Shown here: positions 37,754 to 47,500 of the stretch, in pieces
How the letters are laid out: every line of letters starts with the position of its first letter
How positions within the stretch are numbered: position 1 is the stretch's first letter
Origin: a virus
Virus record (IMG/VR): IMGVR_UViG_3300022925_000005
Direction: 5' to 3' (one strand)
DNA length: 64,000 bases
The notes under the pieces: generated by a model
The model's database searches: none
What the model was told of the DNA's origin: nothing
What the model saw: the letters and a program-made list of their open reading frames with translations, nothing else
Translations under genes and position numbers: made by a program

Positions 37754-40267
37754 TTAAACTATTGCGTATGAGTTAGCTCCTATTTTATCAACAGTGTTTG
37801 AAACACCGGCGGTAACTTTCCTACCATCCATATAAACATCTTTATTACCACTCATTACAATGATTAACTCATCTAATTTAGCAATTAACTTTTCATCATT
37901 GGATTCTTGTCCAATTCCTAACATACTACCAATACCAGCTGCAGCATCAGTAAGTCCACCTGCCACCATTCCTAATGGTGAATTTGAAATTAGATTACTA
38001 AGGAAATCATCAGGAGTTTTTGTTGCTATTAATGTATCTTCTGGATTAGTTGATATGATTTTACCATCTTGAACAATACCATCATTAATACTACCTGCTG
38101 ATTGTAGTTGGTTTGCATCGCTAGCCAACTCACTATCATCCATAAACCAATCTCGTATCCAATCAGGCACTATACTCATAAATAGATTTTTGATTTTAGA
38201 ACCAATGGAACTAAAGAAATCAGATATATAGTTACCTATTGTTGGGAAGATATCCATAATGGTATCCAATAGTACCATTGGTAGTGATACAAAGAATCTA
38301 AGAATACCTTCACCTAAAGACATTAATCCATCTAATATTAAATCAAAATCGCCAGTAAATATTCCTTTAAATATATCATAAACTCCACCTATAATACTCA
38401 TTACAGCCTTTAATCCATTTGAGAATAGATTTATAGAAAATACTATACCACTTGATACTATCTTTCCAATGAACTCAAAAATACTAGCTAAACCAGCACC
38501 ATCACCAAAAATATCTTTCATTATACTTTGTATTGGCTTGAATGCATCCATAACACCTTCAATTGCTCTACCAATAGGTGCCCATACTCCTGTTATATAT
38601 CCGATTATCGGCCCTAATACACCCATAATAAGTTTACCAATTGGCATGAATGCCATCAATAAGTTATTACCCATTGCTTTTAGAGAATTTCCCATATTAT
38701 CGAATTCGGATTGCATCTTTTTCTGATTTCCCATTTCGATAGCCTTACGTTCTAAATCTTTATCACCAATATCACCGATTTTCATTCCAGCATCTAATAG
38801 TGCATTAGCTGCGGCTAATTTTTCATCATCAATGTTTTTGAATTTTTTAGCTATTTCTTGTTGTTTAATCAAGCTCTTTAAATCCATACCAGTGGCATCT
38901 GCTAATGCCTTTTTCTGATACATATTCATTTTGTTGATATCACCCAACTTACTCACCTCAGCATTTACAGCTTTTTGAGCCTCTACAGTCTTACCCTCAA
39001 ATGCCAATGCTCTAGCTTTGTTAAAGTTGACACGAGTTCCCAACATAGCACCCAATTCCAATTCTTTGGTAATAGATGATTCAAAATCTAATAATCCCTC
39101 AGCAACTTTAGCAGTTTCACCAACGGTTGTACCCATTTTTCTAGCCTCAATTGCGGCTTTTGCTAATGCTTTAGTAGAACCCCTAAAGTGCATCAATCCA
39201 ACCTCAGCGTTTTCTGCAATATCTTTCATAACTGCAGCTGGTGCTACTCCAGCAGCTTCAGCGGCTGCTATTGTAGTTTGAATCATATTTTGTGCAGTTG
39301 CGGCTGATGCCCCAGACATCAACTGGAATTGTTCGTTTACTTTAGCTTGAGATTCAGCAGATACACCAAAACTCTTCTCCATTGCAACCATTGAGGTTAG
39401 AACGGCTTTTGAGGCTTCTTGAGTACCGGTGAATTGGTTGGAAAAGGTTGAAGCTGCTTTTGATGCATCTTCAATATTACCACCGATTACGGCTGTGTTC
39501 TTAGCCACTGCTGCAAATTTGGATTCCAAATCTTCAGTTTGTGAGTTTAATAAACCAGTTTCATTTCTAAAATCCTTTGCTGCTTTTGATACTTTATAAA
39601 ATGCAAGTAGACCAGCACCAGCAATTAAAGCAATAGCAGCAACAGCCAATCCTATTGGATTTGCTAATAAAGGTCCTAATGCTTTTGATACTTGTCCAAA
39701 TCCAGCTTTCATACCACCAGAGAATGAAGCCATAAATCCTTTTCCTTGACTTAATCCACGTTTAAACATTATACCAAATCCTCTGGTAAATCCAGCAGAC
39801 ATTTTACCAATCTGAGCGTTTAGCATATCACTTGGTATCAATTTACTGAAGAACTTGCCTAATATGGGTATTTGTTCTATTTCGGATTTTAAATTATCAA
39901 TACCATTAGTGATACCATCTGCTACAGAGTTGGTTATTTTTGATACACGATTTAATATTTCAAACTTTTTTTGTTCTACTTTAAGACCGTCTTGTGCTAT
40001 TTTATTTGCTGTAAGTAAATCATTTTTCATTTTTTGATTTACACCATAATTTGTTTTAAGAATACGAGCCCTACCTCTTTCTAATTTTTCTAAACTCTTT
40101 TCAATATCTTCCGATGATTGGACATCAGCTAGTATGGATTTAGTCAAAGATACCTCACGTTCAAGAGATTTGTTGCGCTTATCAGATGCTGCGGCCATAT
40201 CTGACATGACCTTACTAATAGAATTAGTAAGTTGTTGTATTTCTCTTAACTCGTCCGCGTTCTGCAT
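37754..40267 (-). CDS. Tape measure protein
   Basis: 837 aa, helical, Ala/Gly-rich, with hydrophobic segments; downstream of tube and chaperone. Confidence 0.85.
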   Translation of the reverse strand: MQNADELREIQQLTNSISKVMSDMAAASDKRNKSLEREVSLTKSILADVQSSEDIEKSLEKLERGRARILKTNYGVNQKMKNDLLTANKIAQDGLKVEQKKFEILNRVSKITNSVADGITNGIDNLKSEIEQIPILGKFFSKLIPSDMLNAQIGKMSAGFTRGFGIMFKRGLSQGKGFMASFSGGMKAGFGQVSKALGPLLANPIGLAVAAIALIAGAGLLAFYKVSKAAKDFRNETGLLNSQTEDLESKFAAVAKNTAVIGGNIEDASKAASTFSNQFTGTQEASKAVLTSMVAMEKSFGVSAESQAKVNEQFQLMSGASAATAQNMIQTTIAAAEAAGVAPAAVMKDIAENAEVGLMHFRGSTKALAKAAIEARKMGTTVGETAKVAEGLLDFESSITKELELGAMLGTRVNFNKARALAFEGKTVEAQKAVNAEVSKLGDINKMNMYQKKALADATGMDLKSLIKQQEIAKKFKNIDDEKLAAANALLDAGMKIGDIGDKDLERKAIEMGNQKKMQSEFDNMGNSLKAMGNNLLMAFMPIGKLIMGVLGPIIGYITGVWAPIGRAIEGVMDAFKPIQSIMKDIFGDGAGLASIFEFIGKIVSSGIVFSINLFSNGLKAVMSIIGGVYDIFKGIFTGDFDLILDGLMSLGEGILRFFVSLPMVLLDTIMDIFPTIGNYISDFFSSIGSKIKNLFMSIVPDWIRDWFMDDSELASDANQLQSAGSINDGIVQDGKIISTNPEDTLIATKTPDDFLSNLISNSPLGMVAGGLTDAAAGIGSMLGIGQESNDEKLIAKLDELIIVMSGNKDVYMDGRKVTAGVSNTVDKIGANSYAIV

Positions 40268-40270
40268 CTA

Positions 40271-40510
40271 TTATATGTATTTCTTTAAACTATCAGGTAT
40301 AGTATATCCTCTAGCTTCCAACTTATCTATATTTTTCTTTAAATCGGATAATGCCTTATCACCATCTATTAAAGCTTGTTGAATAGTTTTATCACCCTTT
40401 AATGCCTTTGATAATGTTTTCTTAAATAGCATAGAAAGGATACCTTCTTTCAAATTATGCTTAGATTTAATCTCATTAAAAAGATTTTTATCTTTTTTTG
40501 TAATTTTCAT
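40271..40510 (-). CDS. Hypothetical small basic protein
   Basis: 79 aa, preceded by the ATATTTATA motif. Confidence 0.6.
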   Translation of the reverse strand: MKITKKDKNLFNEIKSKHNLKEGILSMLFKKTLSKALKGDKTIQQALIDGDKALSDLKKNIDKLEARGYTIPDSLKKYI

Positions 40511-40548
40511 AAGTATTCTTATTTGTCCTTCTATAAATATTAGATATA

Positions 40549-40583
40549 AAAAAAGTGAAGATTATTTCCTAACCTTCACTTTT
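40549..40583 (-). terminator. Hairpin terminator overlapping the stop codon of the chaperone extension ORF
   Basis: aaaagtgaag ... cttcactttt inverted repeat with a U-run on the minus strand. Confidence 0.5.
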
Positions 40584-40768
40584 GATTGTCTTTGTGATTT
40601 TTCTTGCGATTCTTGCTCTTTTTTCTTAGCATCTATCAATTGTTGATAGTAGAAGTTTCTGAGATGAACCGGCAATCTATACACATCGGATTGAATGAAT
40701 CCATTACCATAGTAACATAATTCAAAAATTTGTGTGTGTAATAACTTAGAATAGTTATTCGGAAGGCC
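40562..40768 (-). CDS. Tail-chaperone C-terminal extension (gp51/lambda-T-like), probably expressed by frameshift
   Basis: 68-codon ATG-less frame GLPNNYSKLLHTQIFELCYYGNGFIQSDVYRLPVHLRNFYYQQLIDAKKKEQ...; begins right at the T7 run of the upstream gene. Confidence 0.7.
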   Translation of the reverse strand, partial: GLPNNYSKLLHTQIFELCYYGNGFIQSDVYRLPVHLRNFYYQQLIDAKKKEQESQEKSQRQSKVKVRK

Positions 40769-41513
40769 AAAAAAACCCTACGCCCATAGGAATCGAGCGT
40801 ACCTCCTCTTCTCCCGATTCTGGGTCTGTGTAATTGAACTCCATTTTCATATCAGGTTGGTTTTCTTTTACAAAATCCCTAAATGCTCTCGTATCTCTAG
40901 CTAAAAACTTATTATTAATGAAGTTAACTATTGATTTAGTATCCGATTCACCATCTACTGATTTAATCATATATCTATAACGAGTTGTTAATTCAGATGA
41001 AGTACCACTTTTATTAAACTTTTGTAGTGCCTTTACATCAATATCAATTGCCTTTTCATCACCATGCGTTAAATACTTAAACTCAATCTCATTTTTACCA
41101 AATGGAGTAGTAAATTTATAAGTATTTTCTGGATTTAGAGTAGTTATATCAATTTCTTTTGTTTGTACTGTTGATAAATCAACTACAACTTTATGTTTGT
41201 TATCAGCCGAATCTACCATCTCAACAGTATACTCTTTACCATATCCCAATAATCGAGTTGCTAACATAATAGCATTTTTATCACCTAAGATAATATCGTC
41301 TGGATTCACATTCTTATCAACTATAATAGCTTCAAACAATTTATCCAATACTACACCTTTTTTAATTAGGTTTTGAGATGTTAGGATTTCTTCTTCCCTA
41401 GCTGTCATATATTTTATCTCAATTTGGCCGGAAGAAAGTGGATTATCAGAAGGATAACATTTACCTTCAGATGGTAAACTAATCACTTCGGTTGGAAAGT
41501 CATGCTTTGTCAT
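40755..41513 (-). CDS. Tail/baseplate assembly chaperone (T4 gp26-like)
   Basis: LPS.G..Y, MTA.EE.IL, GD.NA+++..R..YG..Y, C-terminal FFWP; between tube and tape measure. Confidence 0.8.
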   Translation of the reverse strand: MTKHDFPTEVISLPSEGKCYPSDNPLSSGQIEIKYMTAREEEILTSQNLIKKGVVLDKLFEAIIVDKNVNPDDIILGDKNAIMLATRLLGYGKEYTVEMVDSADNKHKVVVDLSTVQTKEIDITTLNPENTYKFTTPFGKNEIEFKYLTHGDEKAIDIDVKALQKFNKSGTSSELTTRYRYMIKSVDGESDTKSIVNFINNKFLARDTRAFRDFVKENQPDMKMEFNYTDPESGEEEVRSIPMGVGFFWPSE

Positions 41514-41569
41514 ATTAAACCTTTATTTGTTTATATATAAATATATAACTTTAAAAAAAAGATAAAAAA

Positions 41570-41594
41570 AAAGGTTCTCACTAAGAGAACCTTT
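41570..41594 (-). terminator. Intrinsic terminator after the tail tube gene
   Basis: aaaggttctc-actaa-gagaaccttt hairpin with a long A run on + (U run on the mRNA). Confidence 0.8.
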
Positions 41595-41620
41595 TCTATT
41601 ATTAAAATATGTGTTATATT

Positions 41621-42109
41621 TTAGAATTCCAAAATAGCGTAATCATACGATAACGTTAATTCGATATCAGCGGCATCATTAGAGGAGAAATCTAAATCAT
41701 TGAAGTTTGCCGATGCAATAAATGCACCTTTTAACTTCCACTGTTCTATCTTATCACCAACAGGCCCTAACATATAGAAATCAATATCCTTTTTGTAGAA
41801 ATCGGCGTAACCTTTTCTACCAGTTAATGATTCATATCCTAAACGTACCCATTCCATAACTTGTTGTGCTCCAGAAGGAACAATTGGGTCATATAATGAG
41901 ATTGTTATATCTTGCCACTCACCCTTACCTTGCAATTTGCGGTAAGTATTGATATGGTCTAATTTCACAGTTTCGAAATTGATAGATGGTCTCGCCGCTG
42001 TTTTTATTAAGTAAGATTGAATACCATCAATCTCCATAATAAAGCGGTTCTTCATCTTCGGTTCGAAGTTGGTGAACATCATTTCGTTAAATTCTAATAC
42101 TTCTGCCAT
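41621..42109 (-). CDS. Tail tube protein (T4 gp19-like)
   Basis: EPK..NRF, GK.EW..I.+...DP, W.L.GAF....F...I.LTL.YDYA; directly after the sheath. Confidence 0.9.
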   Translation of the reverse strand: MAEVLEFNEMMFTNFEPKMKNRFIMEIDGIQSYLIKTAARPSINFETVKLDHINTYRKLQGKGEWQDITISLYDPIVPSGAQQVMEWVRLGYESLTGRKGYADFYKKDIDFYMLGPVGDKIEQWKLKGAFIASANFNDLDFSSNDAADIELTLSYDYAILEF

Positions 42110-42162
42110 TTTTTATTTTTCTCCTTTTATACTAATAAATATTAGTTATTATTATTTTTAGT

Positions 42163-44427
42163 TTATGCTGAAAAAGCTGCTCCAGTTGGTAAGATGTTGA
42201 AATCAATTACAATGAATTCAGCCGTCTTAGCCGGTTGTAAGAAAATTTGTCCAGCAAGTATGTTTCTATCAACTACATCAGGTCCGTTGTTAGATTCATC
42301 CATCACTACTTTAAATGCGTACAATCCTTGTCTTTGTTGAATTCCTTCCAAGTAAGGTTGTACAGTGTTGATGAATCTACCTCTTGTCTGAGCGGTATTT
42401 TGTTCGAATACTAAGAATCTAGAAGTAGATGCTACGAACTTCTTCACAGTGATTAATAATCTTCTTACGTTGATTCTATCCAATGCTGATGCCTTATCTT
42501 GCAAAGTTTTCTGTCCAAATGCTACAATACCTTGTCCAGGGAAAGAAGCGATTGGGTTTACTTTGTTTTCATATAAAGTATCTCTTTCAGAATGTGTTAA
42601 TCTATTCAATACACTAACTGCTCCTACAATACCACCTCTATTCAAACCAGCAGGTGCGAACCATTCTGCTCCGATAGCGTCATTTGCTGCGAATACAGCT
42701 GGCATCAATACTGATGGTGGAACTGAGATTAGTTTGTTAGTATTAGTATCAACCGTCTTAACCCAAGGGTAGTAAGATGCTGCGTAGTTTGTATCTACTG
42801 CGGTTGATTGAGTAGTTGCTTCAGCGATTGTAGCATCAACTGCGTTGAAATCAGCGATGTAGAATGCATCTGAGCGAGCTTCTACCACATCAATTGCTTT
42901 TGTAGTTACCGATGGGTGATATTGTCTAATAATACCTGGCGTTACCAACATATTAATATCCCACTCATCAACATTTGAAATTGCGTTTAATGCTTTAGTA
43001 TATGCAACTGCTCCAGTAGCTGTTGCCGATGAACAATCAAACCCTTGTGTGTTTGAACCATCGATATCACTACCCAAATTAATTGCGATTGTTGGAGATT
43101 GTCCATCGAATCCACTTTGGAATCCTAATGTGAACTGTCTCTTAACCATATCAGATGAATCTGAACCACTCATTATGTAAGATAGTTGAGAATCAAATCC
43201 GAAATCAACATTGTTACCAGCTACCGCTGATGTTGGGATTGGATTTAGATAATTAGCGTTATCACCTTTTACACCAACAGTTTCAAAATCTAAACCAGCG
43301 TAATATACTGATGAACCAGCAGTATTGATTGCCGAACCAGTTGTGTAAACAGCGGCAGGTACAATAGTTGCATCAGTAGCGTGTATTGGGTTAGTGTATG
43401 CTCCATGTGCGAATGGTGCAGCTGAAACAGGGTATGAACCAGCAGCTTTAACTTCTACTCTTACATACTTAGAGTTATTCAACCAATCACCATTTTCAGT
43501 AATCTTACCATTTGAATCGATAGTTAAATATCTATCACCGATTCTTCTAGCGATAAAGTTTGGTGATGATGGGTCTAAGTTTACGTTGTTGAATGTTTCC
43601 AATACAACTTTTCTCTTATCAGTATCAGCAAATCCTCTGATAGTTACTGAGAACGTTGAGTAATCAGTTCCACCATCTTCACCAGCTGCTTTTACATTTG
43701 AGATAGAAACTTTGAATCTTTTATTTTCGTTAGTACCATATCCTAAAGTATGGAAACGGAATAGTTCACTTCTCTCACCAGAAATCAATTGTGATTTCAC
43801 ATATGGTGTAGTTGCTACACTTGCTCCTCCAAATATTTGAGTTGGTAATGCTTCAGCGGATACTCCTAATGAATAATCGGTAGATGCTGCTAAATTCTCA
43901 AAGTAAGAATAAACATATCCATCTTTTGAACCAAATGGTGATTCACCAAATACATCACTAACATCATTAGTTGCTGATGGTAGTAAAGATGATGATACTT
44001 GTCCAATACCACTTCCACTAACCACAAACGAACCAGATGTTGTTCCACTATTTACAACAAATGTACCAAATCCAACTTCTTCATCACCAGCGTTTGTTGA
44101 ATGAATAGTTGAAATTAATTTACCATCTGCTACTAAACCAATAGGTGTTACCTGAGAGTAACCACCCTCATTCATTACTCTAACAATTGTTACAGTACCA
44201 GCTTCTCTAAGATAGTTTTGTACTGCATATTCTGTATAGTAAGTTCCATCAGGTTTACCAAATTTATCCTCAAATTCTGATTGAGTTCTAATAATTGTTG
44301 GAACGAAAGCAGGTCCTTGTTTGAAAGGTCCTACGAATGCTGCTCCGATTTCTCCGATACCTTGAGCCAAAAACGATAAATCGTTTTCTCTTGTGAATAC
44401 TCCAGGTGATACAATTCTTTCTGCCAT
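42163..44427 (-). CDS. Tail sheath protein
   Basis: SPGVF.RE.D, Y.PW, WFAPAG.NRG, VNPI, +NVRRL, FE.N, P...AEFI. Confidence 0.95.
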   Translation of the reverse strand: MAERIVSPGVFTRENDLSFLAQGIGEIGAAFVGPFKQGPAFVPTIIRTQSEFEDKFGKPDGTYYTEYAVQNYLREAGTVTIVRVMNEGGYSQVTPIGLVADGKLISTIHSTNAGDEEVGFGTFVVNSGTTSGSFVVSGSGIGQVSSSLLPSATNDVSDVFGESPFGSKDGYVYSYFENLAASTDYSLGVSAEALPTQIFGGASVATTPYVKSQLISGERSELFRFHTLGYGTNENKRFKVSISNVKAAGEDGGTDYSTFSVTIRGFADTDKRKVVLETFNNVNLDPSSPNFIARRIGDRYLTIDSNGKITENGDWLNNSKYVRVEVKAAGSYPVSAAPFAHGAYTNPIHATDATIVPAAVYTTGSAINTAGSSVYYAGLDFETVGVKGDNANYLNPIPTSAVAGNNVDFGFDSQLSYIMSGSDSSDMVKRQFTLGFQSGFDGQSPTIAINLGSDIDGSNTQGFDCSSATATGAVAYTKALNAISNVDEWDINMLVTPGIIRQYHPSVTTKAIDVVEARSDAFYIADFNAVDATIAEATTQSTAVDTNYAASYYPWVKTVDTNTNKLISVPPSVLMPAVFAANDAIGAEWFAPAGLNRGGIVGAVSVLNRLTHSERDTLYENKVNPIASFPGQGIVAFGQKTLQDKASALDRINVRRLLITVKKFVASTSRFLVFEQNTAQTRGRFINTVQPYLEGIQQRQGLYAFKVVMDESNNGPDVVDRNILAGQIFLQPAKTAEFIVIDFNILPTGAAFSA

Positions 44428-44474
44428 ATTTTATTTCTCCAATAAGTTTATTTTGATTTTATACCAAATACACA

Positions 44475-44483
44475 TATAAATAT
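44475..44483 (-). promoter_or_regulatory. Putative phage late promoter ATATTTATA (representative copy, upstream of the sheath gene)
   Basis: Same motif at 26612, 28503, 30781, 40532, 41536, 42134 (one mismatch) and 58825; variants at 5121 and 21727. Confidence 0.55.
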
Positions 44484-44532
44484 AACCAAAAAACTCAAAA
44501 GAGTAAATTGGTTATATTCATAAGTGTTTTTT

Positions 44533-47500
44533 TTACTTATTTAATAAAAGTTTTACCATTTCCTTCAATTCATCAATCTCTTTTTGTTGAGCTTTAACAA
44601 TTTCGGATTGTTCTTTAATACCTTCTACTAATAATGGTACTAATCTATCGTATTTAAGAGTTAAGTAATCTTCACCAGATGTAGAGAACATATTACCATC
44701 CTCATCGAAATCAGTATCAAATGGTGCTGAATGAACAACCTCAGGTAATACTTCTTTCACTTGCTGAGCTGATAAACCTATTTGTTGTTTATCATCTTCA
44801 TATCCAACCGATTTTGCTAACTCATTATTCACATAATAGAAAGCATCTAATTTAGAAATCTTATCTAATGCGTTTTCAATTACACCAGTCTTTTTCTTCA
44901 ACCTTTCATCGGAGTAGAATGCGATAATATCCTGCGTTACTCTCAATTCCCGAGTCATATAGATTTGAGAATTGTTAACTTCTAATCTTTCAGTACCACC
45001 AGTTACAACTCTCCATTGGTCAGCCGCATGGAACTGCATATAGGTATTAGTATCGCCTCTATGGTAGATATAATCATTAATTTGCATATTTGCCAATAAT
45101 GATGTACTATCTGGCCGTAGATAATAACCGGTGTTATTGTAATCATAGAATCTATCAGCGTACACACTTCCTTTAGATGATACATTACCATTTGAACCAT
45201 CTAACCAAACTCTAGCATCACCATCAGCTGCTACATAGAATCCCCATCCACTTTCACCAGTAAATCCGATAAAACTAGCACCAGCTCCAGCATAACCAAC
45301 ACCATACATATTTGATAATGTTGTTTCGGCTGGGTTATATGATGAACCGATAGTATAAATTGGATTAGAACGAGTATAGTTATCACCAACTGAGTTGTAT
45401 GAACCAACTAAGTGTCCAACGTTGTGCCCACTTCTCGTATAATAATTAGAGTTTATAGTAGCAGTTCTAATTGTGTTAAAATTAGATGTACTAGCTGCAT
45501 CCACATAATATCCAGTATTATCTCTATCGTAGATAAAGTTAACCTGAAGTGTACCATTGATGTAAGTTGTTCCACCCACATACCAGTTTATGTATGTTCC
45601 GCTTCCACTCCTAGCATCTAAGTGTAGGTTACCATTTGTTGTAGCAACTGATGCTTCATTACTATATCTACCATTTGTACCAACAGCAAGATATCTTCCC
45701 CATGAAGTATTTGGTCCGAATAATATTCCTTGTCTTACACGTCCTGAATAAGTACCTGTACTATTAGGGTCTAAGTAGTATCCCGTATCATTACTATCGT
45801 AATAAATACCAGCATACATTGCTCCACCATTACCATCGTTGATATCAAGAATAGGAATAGTTCTCCAAGCGTTTGGTGAACCACCCCACTGCTGTCTAAA
45901 TCGTAGGTTTCCAATTGGACCACCAACCATTTGCCATCCGTAACGAGTTGAACCATTAGTATAGTGTAGTGCTTGAGTACCAACCCAGTGAGATGTACCC
46001 GATGGTTGGTTACCTGGATTTGACCAAGAATCAATGAAACCAGAACCCCAATTGAATACAGTGTTCATATCTAAGGTACCCCATCCCATTGAACCTACCC
46101 AATAGTTAGTATCACTCGTAAAGTTTGGCCTTCTCATATAAGTACTCGCACTACTATGAGGTGAACCTGCGTTTCCTAATTGTGCCCTAGTCCTATCGTT
46201 AACACCTTCAAACCTAGTAGAGTTAACACTAGCTCCATTAAAGTAATAACCAGTGTTATTTCTATCATAGAAGATATCTGAGCGAGTATCGTTTAAATCT
46301 GCTCTATTGAATCGAGATGTAGATGCAAAATCACCATAATAACCAGTATTATTCCGGTCATAGTAAATGTTTGCTCTCATATCGTTAAAGTACGATGTGG
46401 AAGCAGGATTTGCGTAATATCCAGTATTATCCCGGTCGTAGAATAACCCTGCTCTAATATCAGATGGTGTTTCAATACGATTATAGAAGTACCAAGAACT
46501 TCTATCGGTTTGCATATGGAAATGGGATGTATTTCTAGAACCCATTTTACCCCAACCAGTTGATGATTGGAATTTTACATCAGTATTAGCTTCACCCTCA
46601 ATATATGGATATCTTTGGTCAGTTTCTTGATGTACATACCGAGTACCACTATGGAAATGTAATCTACCTAAAGTTTGTTCTGCTTTATATAGTTTTAACC
46701 CACAATATCTAGTTACAGCCGTACTATTACCAGCATAGTTAAATAAGAATAAAGGTCTGATATATTCAGTTCCAGAGGTAAATCCGTTTCCACCATTTCC
46801 ACCAATTCTACCACTTACTTTATACCAGCCACTATTTCTAGTGTTAGAATCAAATTCTACATAAGATGCTCCCCAATATCTATTGGTATTACCAAAGTAG
46901 GATTTGGAAGCGTTATATGCAGAACCTCCCATATATAATGCACAACTACTATCATTACCAGCAACATATCTTACCCATACCTCAAATATGTATTGAGAAT
47001 TAGCGTCAATTTTAATGTAATCTGGGTGAGTTGGATAATGCTGTCCATTTACTTCGAAACAACCTGCCGCAGGTGCAGTTGGGTCATCAACTTTAGTAAT
47101 TCTTGAACTTGCACTTCCACCAACCGCAACTCCAACTTCAGCAGAAGTCATATCATCGGTAATGTTGAAGAATGAACCATTATCTACATTACGAGTGTAG
47201 TTTTGAATAGAATTACCAGTCAATACAGGTGAACCACCAACGTTTAATGCGTTAAAGTTCGATGTACCATTAGGGTCAGCATAATATCCAGTATTATTTG
47301 TATCATAGAATATTGGTGCTCTATGTGAACCAGCAGCATAAGTGTTACCACTCATATCCAACTGCCATCTATTTGCAGATGCACTCCAACCACCAATACG
47401 AAGAACGTTATCGGAATCAAGACCCATATTCACAGCATAGTATCCACCTCTATGGAACGACATAAATGCCGAGTTACCACCAGTTGAATACGCCTGAAGT

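Noticed and set aside
40635-40780. Canonical -1 frameshift at GGGTTTT
   Set aside because: The heptamer is out of phase with the chaperone reading frame, and the -1 frame (about 47 codons) is not chaperone-like, whereas the +1/-2 frame is.
43-44000. Short plus-strand ORFs in the track (e.g. 8313, 9389, 36461, 37061)
   Set aside because: All are antisense to well-supported minus-strand genes and have no recognisable motifs.
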